A program made the translations under genes and the position numbers. 54,510 nt of DNA from Candidatus Lambdaproteobacteria bacterium RIFOXYD2_FULL_50_16 (GTDB taxonomy: Bacteria; SAR324; XYD2-FULL-50-16): contig MFNE01000001.1 of NCBI GenBank assembly GCA_001783695.1, forward strand, positions 70 to 54,579, in the 5' to 3' direction. Shown here one piece after another: positions 36,401 to 45,621 of this stretch; the first letter of the stretch is position 1; the number at the start of each line of letters is the position of its first letter. The notes beneath the pieces were generated by a model. The model searched no databases. It was not told the origin of the DNA and worked only from the letters and a program-made list of their open reading frames with translations.

Positions 36401-38050
36401 GACTACGAAAACCCCCTAGAAACCCGCGCAGCAGTCTTGCACAACCATTTGATGGTCAGGAGCAACTACGAAGCCATTGTGAGTGGTGACGGCTCTTGTG
36501 CCGGTTGTGGCGAAAAAACCATCTTACGTGCGGTGGCCAGCATTACTGAAGCGGTCATGCGGCCTTTGTACCACCAAAAAGCGGGCCGTCTCACTGAAAA
36601 AGCCAAGGTTTTAGCCACCGAAGGGGCGGCTAAACTCAAGGCACTCAAAGAAAAAGACACCGATGCTTACCAGTGGTGGGCCAAGTCGGTGAAGCATTGC
36701 CTGCTTAATTTAGGCGGGGAAAACGAAAAAGACACGGATGCCCGAATCGAAGAAGGCTTTATGGGGGGGGACCCAGATTTGATCAAAGTGATTGATATGG
36801 TGCTTCGCCAGGATGCCTTTAACCACCGCGATTTGCGTGCTGTGGACGGACGGTATTCCAACGGGATGTCTGTATTGATGATGTCTAGCTCGACTGGTTG
36901 TAACTCGGTTTATGGCTCGACCCACCCCAACAACCCACACCCTTACCCCTGGATGAACAGCCTCTTCCAGGACAGCCCAACCTTAGCCTGGATCTTTGGC
37001 GAGACCATGATCATGGACCATGCTAAACGCAGTGTGATCCCTGAACGCTTGGCCGACGCCTTGCTTTCTGGCAAAGGTTGCAGCAAAACCGATTATTTCC
37101 ATTTGACCCACTTCTCGGATCATTACATGACCGATCAAGAGGTCTTGGAACTGCCCAAGGCTTGGGCGATTGGTGGCGACGGGGCAATGGGAGATATTGG
37201 GTTCCAAAACCTGTCCAAGGTGATGTTGCAAGGGCGGCCAAACGTCAAGTGTTTGATGTTAGATACCCAGGTTTACTCAAACACGGGCGGGCAAAACTCA
37301 GATTCGTCGATTATGCCCGGCGGCTACGACATGAACCAACATGGCGCTGCTACCGAAGGTAAATTGATTGAACGAAAAGAAGTCGCCTCAATCTTTATGG
37401 CAGGCCACGGTAGCCCCTATGTCGCCCAGGTCAGTATGGCCGACTCGGCGGCGATGTACCGCAGTGTGATGGACGCCATTGCCTATAGAGGTACCGCGTT
37501 CCTCCAAGCCTTTACCACCTGCCAGCCAGAACACGGCGTGGCCGACAATATGTCCACCGCCCAAGCCCAGAAGGTTCGAGATTCCAGGGCTATGCCCCAA
37601 GTGGTCTTCGATCCTAACCTTGGCGAACGCTACGAGTTAGCCCTGTCGGTCAAAGGCAACCCCAACCCTAAAAAGGATTGGATGCAAAAGAAAGGACCCA
37701 ACGGAAATACTTACAACTACACGGTTGCGCACTGGGCTACCAGTGAACAGCGTTTCCGCAAGCACTTCTTCTCGGTTAAGCCGGGTGAAGAAAGCAAGCT
37801 GGTGCATTTAGATGAAGTATTACCTAAGGTTAGCCAGCAGGACATCCATCACCGCCGTTATCTGGACCCCAACGCCACCTGTCATGTTCCTGAAAAGGGC
37901 GTGTATATTATGATGGAAAAGGATGACAAAATGGTTCCCATGGGTATTAGTCGCCAGTTGGTGCTCTTCTGCGTTGAGCGCCGCAAAAACTGGCGTATGA
38001 TCCAGTCGATGGCTGGTATTCAGTCGGAGGACTACGGCACCCCTGCCTAG
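33497..38050 (+). CDS. Single-chain 2-oxoacid (pyruvate):ferredoxin/flavodoxin oxidoreductase, large NifJ-like type
   Basis: YPITPSTEMGE, FTSGQG, YGLGS.DF, GG.G..T..K, KYGSEKKG, CTQCMACIASCP, CKGCGECVQEC, CAGCGE, TPP motif GGDG...DIG...DTQVYSNTGGQ, C.PEHG. Confidence 0.93.
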   Translation: MSSPKYPGTRTTTNGNTLVALYTEARIAEAGIFYPITPSTEMGELFQHSYSQGELNVFGDAKIALEAEGEHAAQSGSIAASVTGKRVVNFTSGQGVVYGSEPYYHAPSKLSTMVLNIAARALTKSALNVHCGHDDVYTVLDTGWTMLFAKDAQQASDQAMILRKVNELSLNPGINIQDGFLTSHLERTFRIPEAGLIREFLGRSDDLIDCPTEAQRELFGPKRRRIPIGMDLKNPLLLGSVQNQEHYMNGVIARRNNFTEQILGFLEDAYKEFGELTGRHYGLISQHNCEKAETVFISLGSSAENMEAAVDYLKATRGEEVGVIHLNVIRPFPEKAVIEALRGKKNVIVLERMDDQTASDNPMARDIRTALSKAATNHRTNAFADLPSLSPDEVPRIFSGVYGLGSRDFRPEGVLGAYEFVTGKIKRTDGKSAADGVSFIYIGVDHPYSVISEDTPSLLPDGAIAIRFHSIGGWGAITTGKNLGEVIGSISSVIAKNQNRIGDDGQPEEIFHVSANPKYGSEKKGAPTNYFLVAAPERIRVNCDLRHVNVVLCCDPKAFTHTNPLEGMADGGALIIETDESSSAGLWSRIPKRYRADIIKRKIRLYGLAGFQIAHKATDREDLQYRMQGNSFLGAFFKVSPLLEKYGISEDEFKKIVEAQYNKKFGRFGEAVVKSNMTVMIDGFSGVWQAEYGALDAPDRSLMRGDTLMPVSGATRFGADTLVAQPQKHPYKTLAKYDSEFRIGLGYNQPASALASTGVMASATAATNSKYVSRRRVPIYYPENCTQCMACIASCPDTAMPNTSQDVAVVLQTAIGNYVSDESARETLMGAVEAMDQSLRKKMLTAVEDKKAAPPSLTQLVEGELAGIDISANSKAELLSILGKVPFAYAKSRTIFEIPEKKEAGAGGLFTILISDLCKGCGECVQECGEHQALKMEPETEQINADLATGIRFLDLLPETPQKFLGKYDYENPLETRAAVLHNHLMVRSNYEAIVSGDGSCAGCGEKTILRAVASITEAVMRPLYHQKAGRLTEKAKVLATEGAAKLKALKEKDTDAYQWWAKSVKHCLLNLGGENEKDTDARIEEGFMGGDPDLIKVIDMVLRQDAFNHRDLRAVDGRYSNGMSVLMMSSSTGCNSVYGSTHPNNPHPYPWMNSLFQDSPTLAWIFGETMIMDHAKRSVIPERLADALLSGKGCSKTDYFHLTHFSDHYMTDQEVLELPKAWAIGGDGAMGDIGFQNLSKVMLQGRPNVKCLMLDTQVYSNTGGQNSDSSIMPGGYDMNQHGAATEGKLIERKEVASIFMAGHGSPYVAQVSMADSAAMYRSVMDAIAYRGTAFLQAFTTCQPEHGVADNMSTAQAQKVRDSRAMPQVVFDPNLGERYELALSVKGNPNPKKDWMQKKGPNGNTYNYTVAHWATSEQRFRKHFFSVKPGEESKLVHLDEVLPKVSQQDIHHRRYLDPNATCHVPEKGVYIMMEKDDKMVPMGISRQLVLFCVERRKNWRMIQSMAGIQSEDYGTPA

Positions 38051-38448
38051 TTGGAAGGTCATGCCCTAGCAGCCCGTCCAGGCCCGGCTAAGGGCCTTTT
38101 CCCAGCCCCCCCAACCTAGCTTCCGCCGGGTTGGGGGTTGACTGCGGGGGCGGTCTTTAAAACCAGCGGGCTTAAGTCCAAGTTTTTATTCGCCTACTTG
38201 CTAGCTTCCCCTTCCCCCTAATCCCCTAAGGGATTTCCGAACCTTCTAGCCTCCCCCCGCTGCCCTCAAAAAACCTAACTGGGTGCTTTTGTATATTCCT
38301 GATAGATTAATCATATTAAAAGGTTACCCGCTAGATAAGCCTAAAAATGCTCCGCTGCAAACTTTTCTATCATTTTTTGCAAATTTTTTGTAGTCTGGAG
38401 CCCATTCCATCCATTTGGATGAATTAACCCCATCATAAAGGAGCCCCG

Positions 38449-38646
38449 ATGAACAAACTCATCCTCATCTTGTTGACCCTTTTTTCTTTTAGTTTAATTG
38501 GTTGCGTGAAAATTGTTAATCAAAGCGAACCGACCCCGAAGAATTCCTCGGAGGAAAGCTCCACGACTCAAGAAGAAAAGGCCGCTCCCGACTGTGGCGC
38601 TGCTGGCGCGGCGGAAAACGCGGATTGTAAAACACCGGCGAAGTAG
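38449..38646 (+). CDS. Small lipoprotein (65 aa)
   Basis: AAGGAG SD; signal peptide with lipobox LIGC; Ser/Thr/Glu-rich linker; C-terminal Cys pair. Confidence 0.8.
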   Translation: MNKLILILLTLFSFSLIGCVKIVNQSEPTPKNSSEESSTTQEEKAAPDCGAAGAAENADCKTPAK

Positions 38647-38664
38647 CGATTTTTTCGTCCCTTT

Positions 38665-38700
38665 GGCTTAAATTACAGCGCGGACGCTGTAATTTAAGCC
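38665..38700. repeat. Perfect 16-bp inverted repeat between convergent genes (terminator or stabiliser)
   Basis: ggcttaaattacagcg-cgga-cgctgtaatttaagcc. Confidence 0.85.
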
Positions 38701-38731
38701 TGCTGAAAAAGTCATTGAACTTGCCTCCTCC

Positions 38732-39946
38732 CTAAAAGGGATACCCCACCCAAGCGATGACCTGCTGGCCCTCTTCACCAAAAGCCACATCCACCCGTAG
38801 GACCAAGTCGGATAAAAGCGCCCGCAACCCCACTCCCCGGCTTGCTTTTAGGTTTTCTAACAGCGATTGGTCCCGGTGAGGGCTCACTTGACCTAATTCA
38901 TAAAAAAAAGCCAACTGCCAAGCGTTAAAGATACCTTTAGCCCAAATCCAATCAAACGGGACCCAGTCTTCGGCTAGATACCAGCGGTGTTCTAAACCCA
39001 GAAATAGGCTGTGCGAATCATAAAACCGTTGTTGTGGAAACGCGCGTAACCGTTGGGTGCCCCCTAAGGCGGTGGCGTTCCCTCGATGCACATCCTCCTG
39101 GCGCTGCCGGTAGAGTTGATCATTTAACACTTGACAGCCGGGGTAAAGGGCTTCTTCACATTGGTACTTCGCCGGGTCCACCACCCCTGGGCGGGTGATT
39201 CCCGCTTCCGAATAAAATCCATAAAGCACCAAAATCTGTTCCTTGGGCACCAAGGGCACAAACCCCGACAGATGATAATCCCACTGGTACCCATCGCCTA
39301 AAGCAGGTTCGTTTTGTTTAACCGTCCAATGCTCCACCTGAGCCCGATACCCTATTCTTGGGTCTCGTCTATTGTCAGTATCGTCTAAATAGATACCGGT
39401 TATGGCCGCGTGGGAACCTAATTTATTCGAAAGTCTTGAGGTGTATTCGTTGCCTTGGGGATCAATAATAGCAGTGGGTTCGGCATAGATTTGCGTATCA
39501 ATGCGGTACAATTCTAGTTGGTCCTCAAAGAGGTGCAAACTGAGTTCGCCCCCATAAACCAAAATTCGGTTGGAGCGCAGCACAAACTTTTCGTCGGGCT
39601 TAGAATCCGGCCCTCTGGCCCAGCGCTCAATCCCCGCGCCTTGGGTCCTAAGGTAGATCGGCGAAAAGGTGAGTTTCGGGCTAAACAGGGGCAAATCCGT
39701 GATTAACAATAAATCCCCCGTAAAATCGCCCTCTGTATGTCCTACAATGGCGTCAACTTCGCTATCTTTGATCCTTGTCGCCGCCGCTCCTACCCCAACT
39801 CCAGTGCCGATTCCGGGGATAGAAATGTAAACAGGGAAAATAAAATACGACATGGTCGATGGTCTAACGGGTCGCCTATCGAAAAAGAAGGCGGATGCCG
39901 ACTGACTCCAAACTAGCAGCAATAAACCTAAAATCAATTGGCGCAT
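38732..39946 (-). CDS. Omp85/BamA-TamA-like outer-membrane beta-barrel without evident POTRA domains
   Basis: Signal peptide ending ASA; D.TDN..DP..G; LGG...LRAF...RF.D loop-6 motif; F.E.G.V; S.G.GLR; R.D.A.G.EG; C-terminal GYPF. Confidence 0.72.
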   Translation of the reverse strand: MRQLILGLLLLVWSQSASAFFFDRRPVRPSTMSYFIFPVYISIPGIGTGVGVGAAATRIKDSEVDAIVGHTEGDFTGDLLLITDLPLFSPKLTFSPIYLRTQGAGIERWARGPDSKPDEKFVLRSNRILVYGGELSLHLFEDQLELYRIDTQIYAEPTAIIDPQGNEYTSRLSNKLGSHAAITGIYLDDTDNRRDPRIGYRAQVEHWTVKQNEPALGDGYQWDYHLSGFVPLVPKEQILVLYGFYSEAGITRPGVVDPAKYQCEEALYPGCQVLNDQLYRQRQEDVHRGNATALGGTQRLRAFPQQRFYDSHSLFLGLEHRWYLAEDWVPFDWIWAKGIFNAWQLAFFYELGQVSPHRDQSLLENLKASRGVGLRALLSDLVLRVDVAFGEEGQQVIAWVGYPF

Positions 39947-41019
39947 TTGGCCTCCTTTTGGGCAACAAGCAAGGACTCACGATAGAGGCTAGGGGTTTGG
40001 CCCCATACCTTTTTAAAGGTGCGATTAAAGGGAGCGAGCGATGAAAAGCCGACAGCAAAAGCGATATCTAAGACCTTTTGTTCCCCAGCTAAAAGCCGCG
40101 CCGCCTCTTTAACCCGGTATTGATTTAAAAAATCGTTAAAGTTTTCGAAGCCCAATTGGCGATTAATTAAACAGCGCAAATCCTTTTGAGAGACTCCCAG
40201 CCTTCGAGCTAGACGGCCAACGGTCAATCCTTCTTCTGTAAAGATTTTTTTAATCTCCATTAGATCCATTAAGGGTCCCAAGTTGGGGGCTAACGGCAAA
40301 TGTTGGCGCTTTGGCCGCGGGGCTTGCCATATCGAGTCTGGATGCCCGCGCCAGTGAGAGAGGTTAAACAAAAACGCCATTAAACCAATAGCAAGCGCCT
40401 CAATTGGATAGTAGAAATCACCCTGATAGTAGAGTAACCCACTAAAATCAAAGTTAAGTTTGGACCAATCCCCCAATTGTTGATTAAATCCCCAAGTCTT
40501 AATTATGGTTCCCGCCAAAAATAGTCCCACCAAAACCGAAAAGAAATTCAGCCGCAAACGCCTTCTTGGCTCCACCAAGTCGTCCTTCCAGTCCTTAAGC
40601 ACCGCCCAGAGGCTTATACCTCCGAACAGTACAACCATCGTGTATAAAAAATTAAAACTCCAATGGATGATTTCAATAGGTGGCAAAGTCAACCCGTGAG
40701 CCACAAGGCTAGCTAAAGCAAAAACCGCTAACAATCCCCTCTCCCAAATTGGCGGCAGAACAGGAAAAAAAAGACGGGTCGAAAGTCCGTAAATAGAAGG
40801 CGTAATCAACATCGAGGCCGTCAAGGAAACCACCCACAAGGTCCAACCTCTTTCGCCCAATACATATAAAGGATGTATCAACAGATACACCATATACCCT
40901 AAACAAAACCCAATCAAAATTCGAAAAGGGGCCTCATCTCGGTGCCCCAGCATGGCTAAGGAGACCGTCAGTAGTAGCTGCGAAACCGCAAACACCCGTA
41001 ACATTAAATCTAAATTCAT
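39934..41019 (-). CDS. AraC-family regulator with N-terminal multi-pass membrane domain; start probably ATG 41019
   Basis: About 7 hydrophobic segments, then LT...LA..LG......L...IN..LGF.NF.DF.N.YRV..A and I..AVGF.S...FNR.FKK..GQTP..YR. Confidence 0.9.
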   Translation of the reverse strand: MNLDLMLRVFAVSQLLLTVSLAMLGHRDEAPFRILIGFCLGYMVYLLIHPLYVLGERGWTLWVVSLTASMLITPSIYGLSTRLFFPVLPPIWERGLLAVFALASLVAHGLTLPPIEIIHWSFNFLYTMVVLFGGISLWAVLKDWKDDLVEPRRRLRLNFFSVLVGLFLAGTIIKTWGFNQQLGDWSKLNFDFSGLLYYQGDFYYPIEALAIGLMAFLFNLSHWRGHPDSIWQAPRPKRQHLPLAPNLGPLMDLMEIKKIFTEEGLTVGRLARRLGVSQKDLRCLINRQLGFENFNDFLNQYRVKEAARLLAGEQKVLDIAFAVGFSSLAPFNRTFKKVWGQTPSLYRESLLVAQKEAKCAN

Positions 41020-41190
41020 CTGTATCCTTGGGGTGAGGGGGAATGTTGTTAAACAGTACCCTGCCTCGATGGTCACCAAAGGTCTGGTCGAATCGCGATT
41101 CGATCAGTTTTTTTTTAACAAAAACACATTTATCTTCAAACTGCCCAGTAGTAAAATAGGTTATTTTTGGGCTATTTACAAAAATAACTC

Positions 41191-41232
41191 AAAAAAAAAG
41201 GCCCGGTCCTTAGATTAAGAACCGGGCCTTTT
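41191..41232 (-). terminator. Intrinsic terminator of fusA
   Basis: Minus strand aggcccggttctt-aatct-aaggaccgggcc followed by T9. Confidence 0.85.
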
Positions 41233-41257
41233 AATTGGCCTGAAAAAAAGTGAACAA

Positions 41258-43357
41258 CTATTCGTCTTCTTTGAGCTTCTCGGCACGAGCCTTGATCACT
41301 TCTTCTTGGATGTTGCGTGGCACGGCAGAGTAGGAGTCAAACTCCATAGAGAAGGTCGCCTTGCCTTGGGTTGAAGAGCGCAAAGTGGTGGAGTAACCAA
41401 ACATCTCCGACAAGGGGACCGTGGCATTGATCACGGTCATTTCGTCGCGCACTTCAGAACCCCCAATAATACCCCGGCGGCTAGAAAGGTCGCCAATTAC
41501 CCCACCTTGGAATTCGGAAGGGGTTTCTACCTCGACCTTCATCATCGGCTCCAGGATCACTGGATTAGCCTTGCGAACGGCTTGCTTCATCGCCTGGCGA
41601 GAACAGATCCGAAAAGCCATGTCCGACGAGTCCACATCGTGGTATTTTCCGTCGTTCAGATGCACCCTTACCCCGACCATGGGGAATGCAGCCAAGGGGC
41701 CTTCAACCATTACGTCCCGGAATCCCGCCTCGCAAGCGTTGATGTATTCCGAAGGAATGTTCCCGCCTTTGACGTTGTTAACAAACTCAAATTCTTCGGC
41801 ACCGTCCTGGGTAAAGTCGATCGGTTCAATCGCGCCCACCGTACAGGCGTATTGACCGGAACCACCGGTTTGCTTTTTGTGGGTGTAGTCAAAAGGAGCC
41901 TTGGTGGTAATCGCTTCGCGGTAGTTAACCTGAGGCGCTCCTACCACTACGGGCACCGAGTATTCGCGCTGCATCCGCTCGATATAAATTTCCAAGTGTA
42001 ACTCACCCATACCCGAAATAATGGTCTCGCCCGACTCTTGATCGGTTTTAACCTTAAAGGTGGGGTCTTCTTTCATAAAGCGCGAAAGCGCCTTAGACAT
42101 CCGGTCCACGACCGAAGAATCTTTACACTTAATTGCTAAACTGATTACTGGGTCCGCAATAAACATCGATTCCAGAACCAGTTTTTGACCTTCAGCGCAG
42201 AAGGTATCCCCTGAGGCGCAATCCACCCCAATCAGAGCGATAATATCCCCGGCCATGGCGGTATCAATGTTTTCGCGGTCGTTAGCATGCATCCGCACGA
42301 TCCGGCCCACACGAATTTTTTTGCCGGTTCGGGTGTTGTGAACCGTGTCGCCTTTGTTCAGGGTGCCTTGGTAGATCCGGCAATAGGTCAACTGACCAAA
42401 CTGCTCTTCAGTGATCTTAAAGGCCATCATTACCAAAGGAAGCTTGGGGTCTGATTCAACAAATACCTCTAGCTTGGTTTCAACGTTGGTCGCTTTGGTG
42501 GGCTTGGCTTCTGCCGGATTGGGTAGGTAGCGACAAACAGCGTCCAAAAGTGGCTGGACAACTTTGTTTTTAAAGGCCGATCCCATATAAACCGGGGTGA
42601 ACTTGAGGCTATTAACCCCTTTGTACACGGCGTTGTGAATCGCCTCTTCTGCGATTTCTTTGCCTTCTAAAAGGTCTTCCATCAATTGGTCATCAAACAT
42701 GGAGACCGCTTCGAGCATTTCTTCACGCATTACTTGCGCTTCTTCAAAAAGCTCTGGAGGGCAGTCGGTAATCCGAATGTCGTCACCCTTCTCGCCTTCG
42801 GTGTAAATTGCCTTCATGGTGATCAAGTCCACGATCCCTTTAAAGGTATCTTCAGAGCCAATCGGCATTTGCATGGGTACGGCGTTGTGGCCCAGTTTAT
42901 CGCGAAGGTCAGCAATCCCTTTAAAAGGATCTGCGCCGGTCCGGTCCATTTTATTAATAAAGCAAAGGCGAGGGACACTGTAGCGTTTCATCTGCCGATC
43001 TACCGTAATCGACTGAGACTGCACCCCAGCTACGGCACAAAGCACCATAATCGCGCCATCGAGAACGCGCAAAGAACGTTCTACTTCGACCGTAAAATCA
43101 ACGTGGCCGGGGGTGTCGATGATGTTAATCTTTTTCTCGTGCCAATAAACAGTGGTTGCGGCCGAGGTAATGGTAATCCCTTTTTCCTTTTCCAGTTCCA
43201 TGTGGTCCATGGTCGCACCAGAGCCACCGCCGCGAACCTCTTCAATCTTGTGGATCTTTCCTGCGTAATACAGGATGCGTTCGGTAAGGGTAGTTTTGCC
43301 CGAGTCGATGTGGGCCGAAATACCGATGTTGCGCGTCGATTGGATCTCTTTGTTCAT
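41258..43357 (-). CDS. fusA: Elongation factor G, stand-alone copy (spdEFG1/mtEFG1-like)
   Basis: [50 protein letters not shown]. Confidence 0.96.
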   Translation of the reverse strand: MNKEIQSTRNIGISAHIDSGKTTLTERILYYAGKIHKIEEVRGGGSGATMDHMELEKEKGITITSAATTVYWHEKKINIIDTPGHVDFTVEVERSLRVLDGAIMVLCAVAGVQSQSITVDRQMKRYSVPRLCFINKMDRTGADPFKGIADLRDKLGHNAVPMQMPIGSEDTFKGIVDLITMKAIYTEGEKGDDIRITDCPPELFEEAQVMREEMLEAVSMFDDQLMEDLLEGKEIAEEAIHNAVYKGVNSLKFTPVYMGSAFKNKVVQPLLDAVCRYLPNPAEAKPTKATNVETKLEVFVESDPKLPLVMMAFKITEEQFGQLTYCRIYQGTLNKGDTVHNTRTGKKIRVGRIVRMHANDRENIDTAMAGDIIALIGVDCASGDTFCAEGQKLVLESMFIADPVISLAIKCKDSSVVDRMSKALSRFMKEDPTFKVKTDQESGETIISGMGELHLEIYIERMQREYSVPVVVGAPQVNYREAITTKAPFDYTHKKQTGGSGQYACTVGAIEPIDFTQDGAEEFEFVNNVKGGNIPSEYINACEAGFRDVMVEGPLAAFPMVGVRVHLNDGKYHDVDSSDMAFRICSRQAMKQAVRKANPVILEPMMKVEVETPSEFQGGVIGDLSSRRGIIGGSEVRDEMTVINATVPLSEMFGYSTTLRSSTQGKATFSMEFDSYSAVPRNIQEEVIKARAEKLKEDE

Positions 43358-43430
43358 CTGGCCTGATCCCTAAATGGATATGGAAAACGTTAGAGTTTTT
43401 CGAATTGATATGATATCGGTTAAACTCGGT

Positions 43431-43459
43431 ATATTAGGAAGCTCAGATGATCTTGTCTA
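43431..43459 (-). promoter_or_regulatory. Sigma70 promoter of fusA
   Basis: Minus strand TAGACA-N17-TAATAT. Confidence 0.6.
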
Positions 43460-43479
43460 TCCCTAATTTGCAAAAGCGC

Positions 43480-44277
43480 CTATGTTTCGGGTAGAAAAGC
43501 GATGGGGGCGGCCTGGGGAAGCTTGTTGATCTCGACCATTTTTTCCATAAATAAGTTAAAGCCCTCTTGATAGCTGGCGCTGAATTCGTAGTGGAGATTA
43601 GCTAGATAGCCCTCTAACTCTTTGGCACTAGGAAAGATTCCTCGGAAGCGAGACTGGGACATTTCAAAGAGCAAGCCCGCCGCCAACGCCTTGGATTTGA
43701 GTAAAGCCCCATGCAGAGCTAAAACCGCCTTTGGCGATTGGTCAAAAACTTCGCGCCGGACCACCCAAAGGGCAAAAACCATCGGCAGTCCAGTTTTTTG
43801 GTACCACAACTCGCCCAGGTCATACACAAAAGGATCTCGTTTTTCAAAGTAGCGTTTGATCGCATCATCAGCGATTAATAGCTCTGCTGCATGGGGCTGA
43901 TAAGGGTCTTGACTGTAACTTACTTTGAGGTCCTTTAAAAGCCATTGAATCAAGTGAATCGAGGTCAGCGAAAATTCGGTAAGCAAGATTTGCTGGTTGG
44001 CTAATTGCTCAAGTGGTTTGCTACTAAAGAGGTATATCGACCGTACCGGCCCCCTAGACGAGACCGAAAGCTCTGGGAGGATATAATAACGTTCAGGGTT
44101 TGCGGCGTATTCAAAACTAGAAATTACCGAAAGGTCTAATTCCCCTCGGTTGAGTTTCCCATTAAGCTCTGTTACCCTGCCAAATACAGGAGAAAACAGG
44201 CCCGAAGGGGGCGACTCAAGCAATTGATAAAAAACGGGCAAGACATTTAAAACGTCGATTACCCCCAATTTGAGCAT
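43480..44277 (-). CDS. mqnA: Chorismate dehydratase (futalosine menaquinone pathway)
   Basis: G.I..LN..P, LN..L..GELD...ISS.EY, G.V.SI, S.TS, LIADDA, YDLGE.W...TGLPMVFA.W. Confidence 0.85.
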   Translation of the reverse strand: MLKLGVIDVLNVLPVFYQLLESPPSGLFSPVFGRVTELNGKLNRGELDLSVISSFEYAANPERYYILPELSVSSRGPVRSIYLFSSKPLEQLANQQILLTEFSLTSIHLIQWLLKDLKVSYSQDPYQPHAAELLIADDAIKRYFEKRDPFVYDLGELWYQKTGLPMVFALWVVRREVFDQSPKAVLALHGALLKSKALAAGLLFEMSQSRFRGIFPSAKELEGYLANLHYEFSASYQEGFNLFMEKMVEINKLPQAAPIAFLPET

Positions 44278-44313
44278 TATTTCTCCTGTTGTTTACCACC
44301 TCGTAGGATAGAA

Positions 44314-45621
44314 ATGAATCCAGCCGTTGACAAGCTTAAACTGGCCTTCCTGCTGACAGGGGAAGAGGTTTTATCAGGTGAGGTGACCGACACCAACGGC
44401 CCCCTTTTAGCCCGGAGCTTTGTTGAGCTTGGCATAGGTCCCATAGCTAAACGGTTAGTAGGAGACGTTTTAGCTGACCTAAAAAGAGAGTTAAAAGACC
44501 TTTCAGAACTGGCTGACTGGATCGTGATCAACGGGGGCTTAGGCTCGACCGACGATGACCGAACCAACCAAGCAGTTTGCGAAACCTTCGGGGTCGAATT
44601 AGTCGAGCACCCAGGGGCCCTGGCCCACTTGTCTCAACGCCTCCAGGGACCAGTTTTGCCTGGATCGCTCCACTACAAACAATGCCTCTTGCCAAAAGGA
44701 GCAGAAATTTTACATAACCCCACCGGCACCGCCGTGGGCTGGGACTGGAAAAAAGGTAAGACCCGAATCTTCGCTACCCCAGGGCCTCCGAGCGAATTGT
44801 TGGGCATGTTAGAAACCGCTCTAATCCCCAAACTTTCCCAAGAAAAAATCCAAGGTGGCGTCCCTCCAATCATTCGTTTTTTGCTTATGGGCAAAGGGGA
44901 ATCAGCCGCTGAAGTTGGGCTTAAGGAATTTCTTAAAACAAAAAGAAAACAAGATCTGCTCACTGGACTAGAGTTAGGCTTTCGGGCCAGTTCACCTTAT
45001 TCTGAGGTCAAGCTTTGGGATACCAATGGGGATCACGCGAGAGTTAATGAGCTTGCCGGTTATATGGAGACCTATTTTGCTCCCCATTTAATCAGCCAAG
45101 GCCCTGAATTGCCCCAAGTAGTCAGTGAGTTACTCAAAGAGCGAGGATTAAACTTAGGTATAGCCGAATCCTGCACCGGCGGGCTTTTGGCCTCTATGAT
45201 AACTAACCTAGCCGGGGCTTCGGAAATATTCAAAGCCGGCGTGGTATCCTATTCGAACGAAGCTAAGGTCGAGTTTTTGGGGGTTTCACCGGACACCTTA
45301 TTAAAACAGGGGGCCGTTTCCGAGGCGACCGCGAAAGAGATGCTCGAAGGGATACTCAAAAGAACGGGGGCCGATTGCGGCATATCCTTAACCGGAATTG
45401 CCGGGCCCAGTGGGGCGGTTGAGGGCAAACCGGTAGGCACCCTGTTTATTGGTTTTGGTCTGGCCGGAAAAATCCAGGTCCGCCGTTTGGTAATTCGTGG
45501 GGATCGGGCTCAATTCCAACATACCGCCGCGTTAACCGGCCTCGACTTATTGCGCCGATCCCTTTTAGGACTTGATCTTCAAGTCCCCTATTACTTTGAC
45601 CGTTTAAAGCCGTCGATATGA
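44314..45621 (+). CDS. cinA: CinA family protein (MoCF-like domain plus PncC NMN deamidase)
   Basis: G.E.L.G...DTN, GGLG.T.DD.T, N..GTA.G, PGPP.E, AESCTGG, YSN..K, GAVS, TGIAGP.G. Confidence 0.9.
   Translation: MNPAVDKLKLAFLLTGEEVLSGEVTDTNGPLLARSFVELGIGPIAKRLVGDVLADLKRELKDLSELADWIVINGGLGSTDDDRTNQAVCETFGVELVEHPGALAHLSQRLQGPVLPGSLHYKQCLLPKGAEILHNPTGTAVGWDWKKGKTRIFATPGPPSELLGMLETALIPKLSQEKIQGGVPPIIRFLLMGKGESAAEVGLKEFLKTKRKQDLLTGLELGFRASSPYSEVKLWDTNGDHARVNELAGYMETYFAPHLISQGPELPQVVSELLKERGLNLGIAESCTGGLLASMITNLAGASEIFKAGVVSYSNEAKVEFLGVSPDTLLKQGAVSEATAKEMLEGILKRTGADCGISLTGIAGPSGAVEGKPVGTLFIGFGLAGKIQVRRLVIRGDRAQFQHTAALTGLDLLRRSLLGLDLQVPYYFDRLKPSI

Noticed and set aside
41421-43366. Long + strand ORFs (144, 164 and 226 aa)
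   Set aside because: Typical antisense shadows of the codon-biased fusA gene
44277-44567. 96-aa minus-strand ORF abutting the mqnA start
   Set aside because: Antisense to conserved CinA N-terminal motifs
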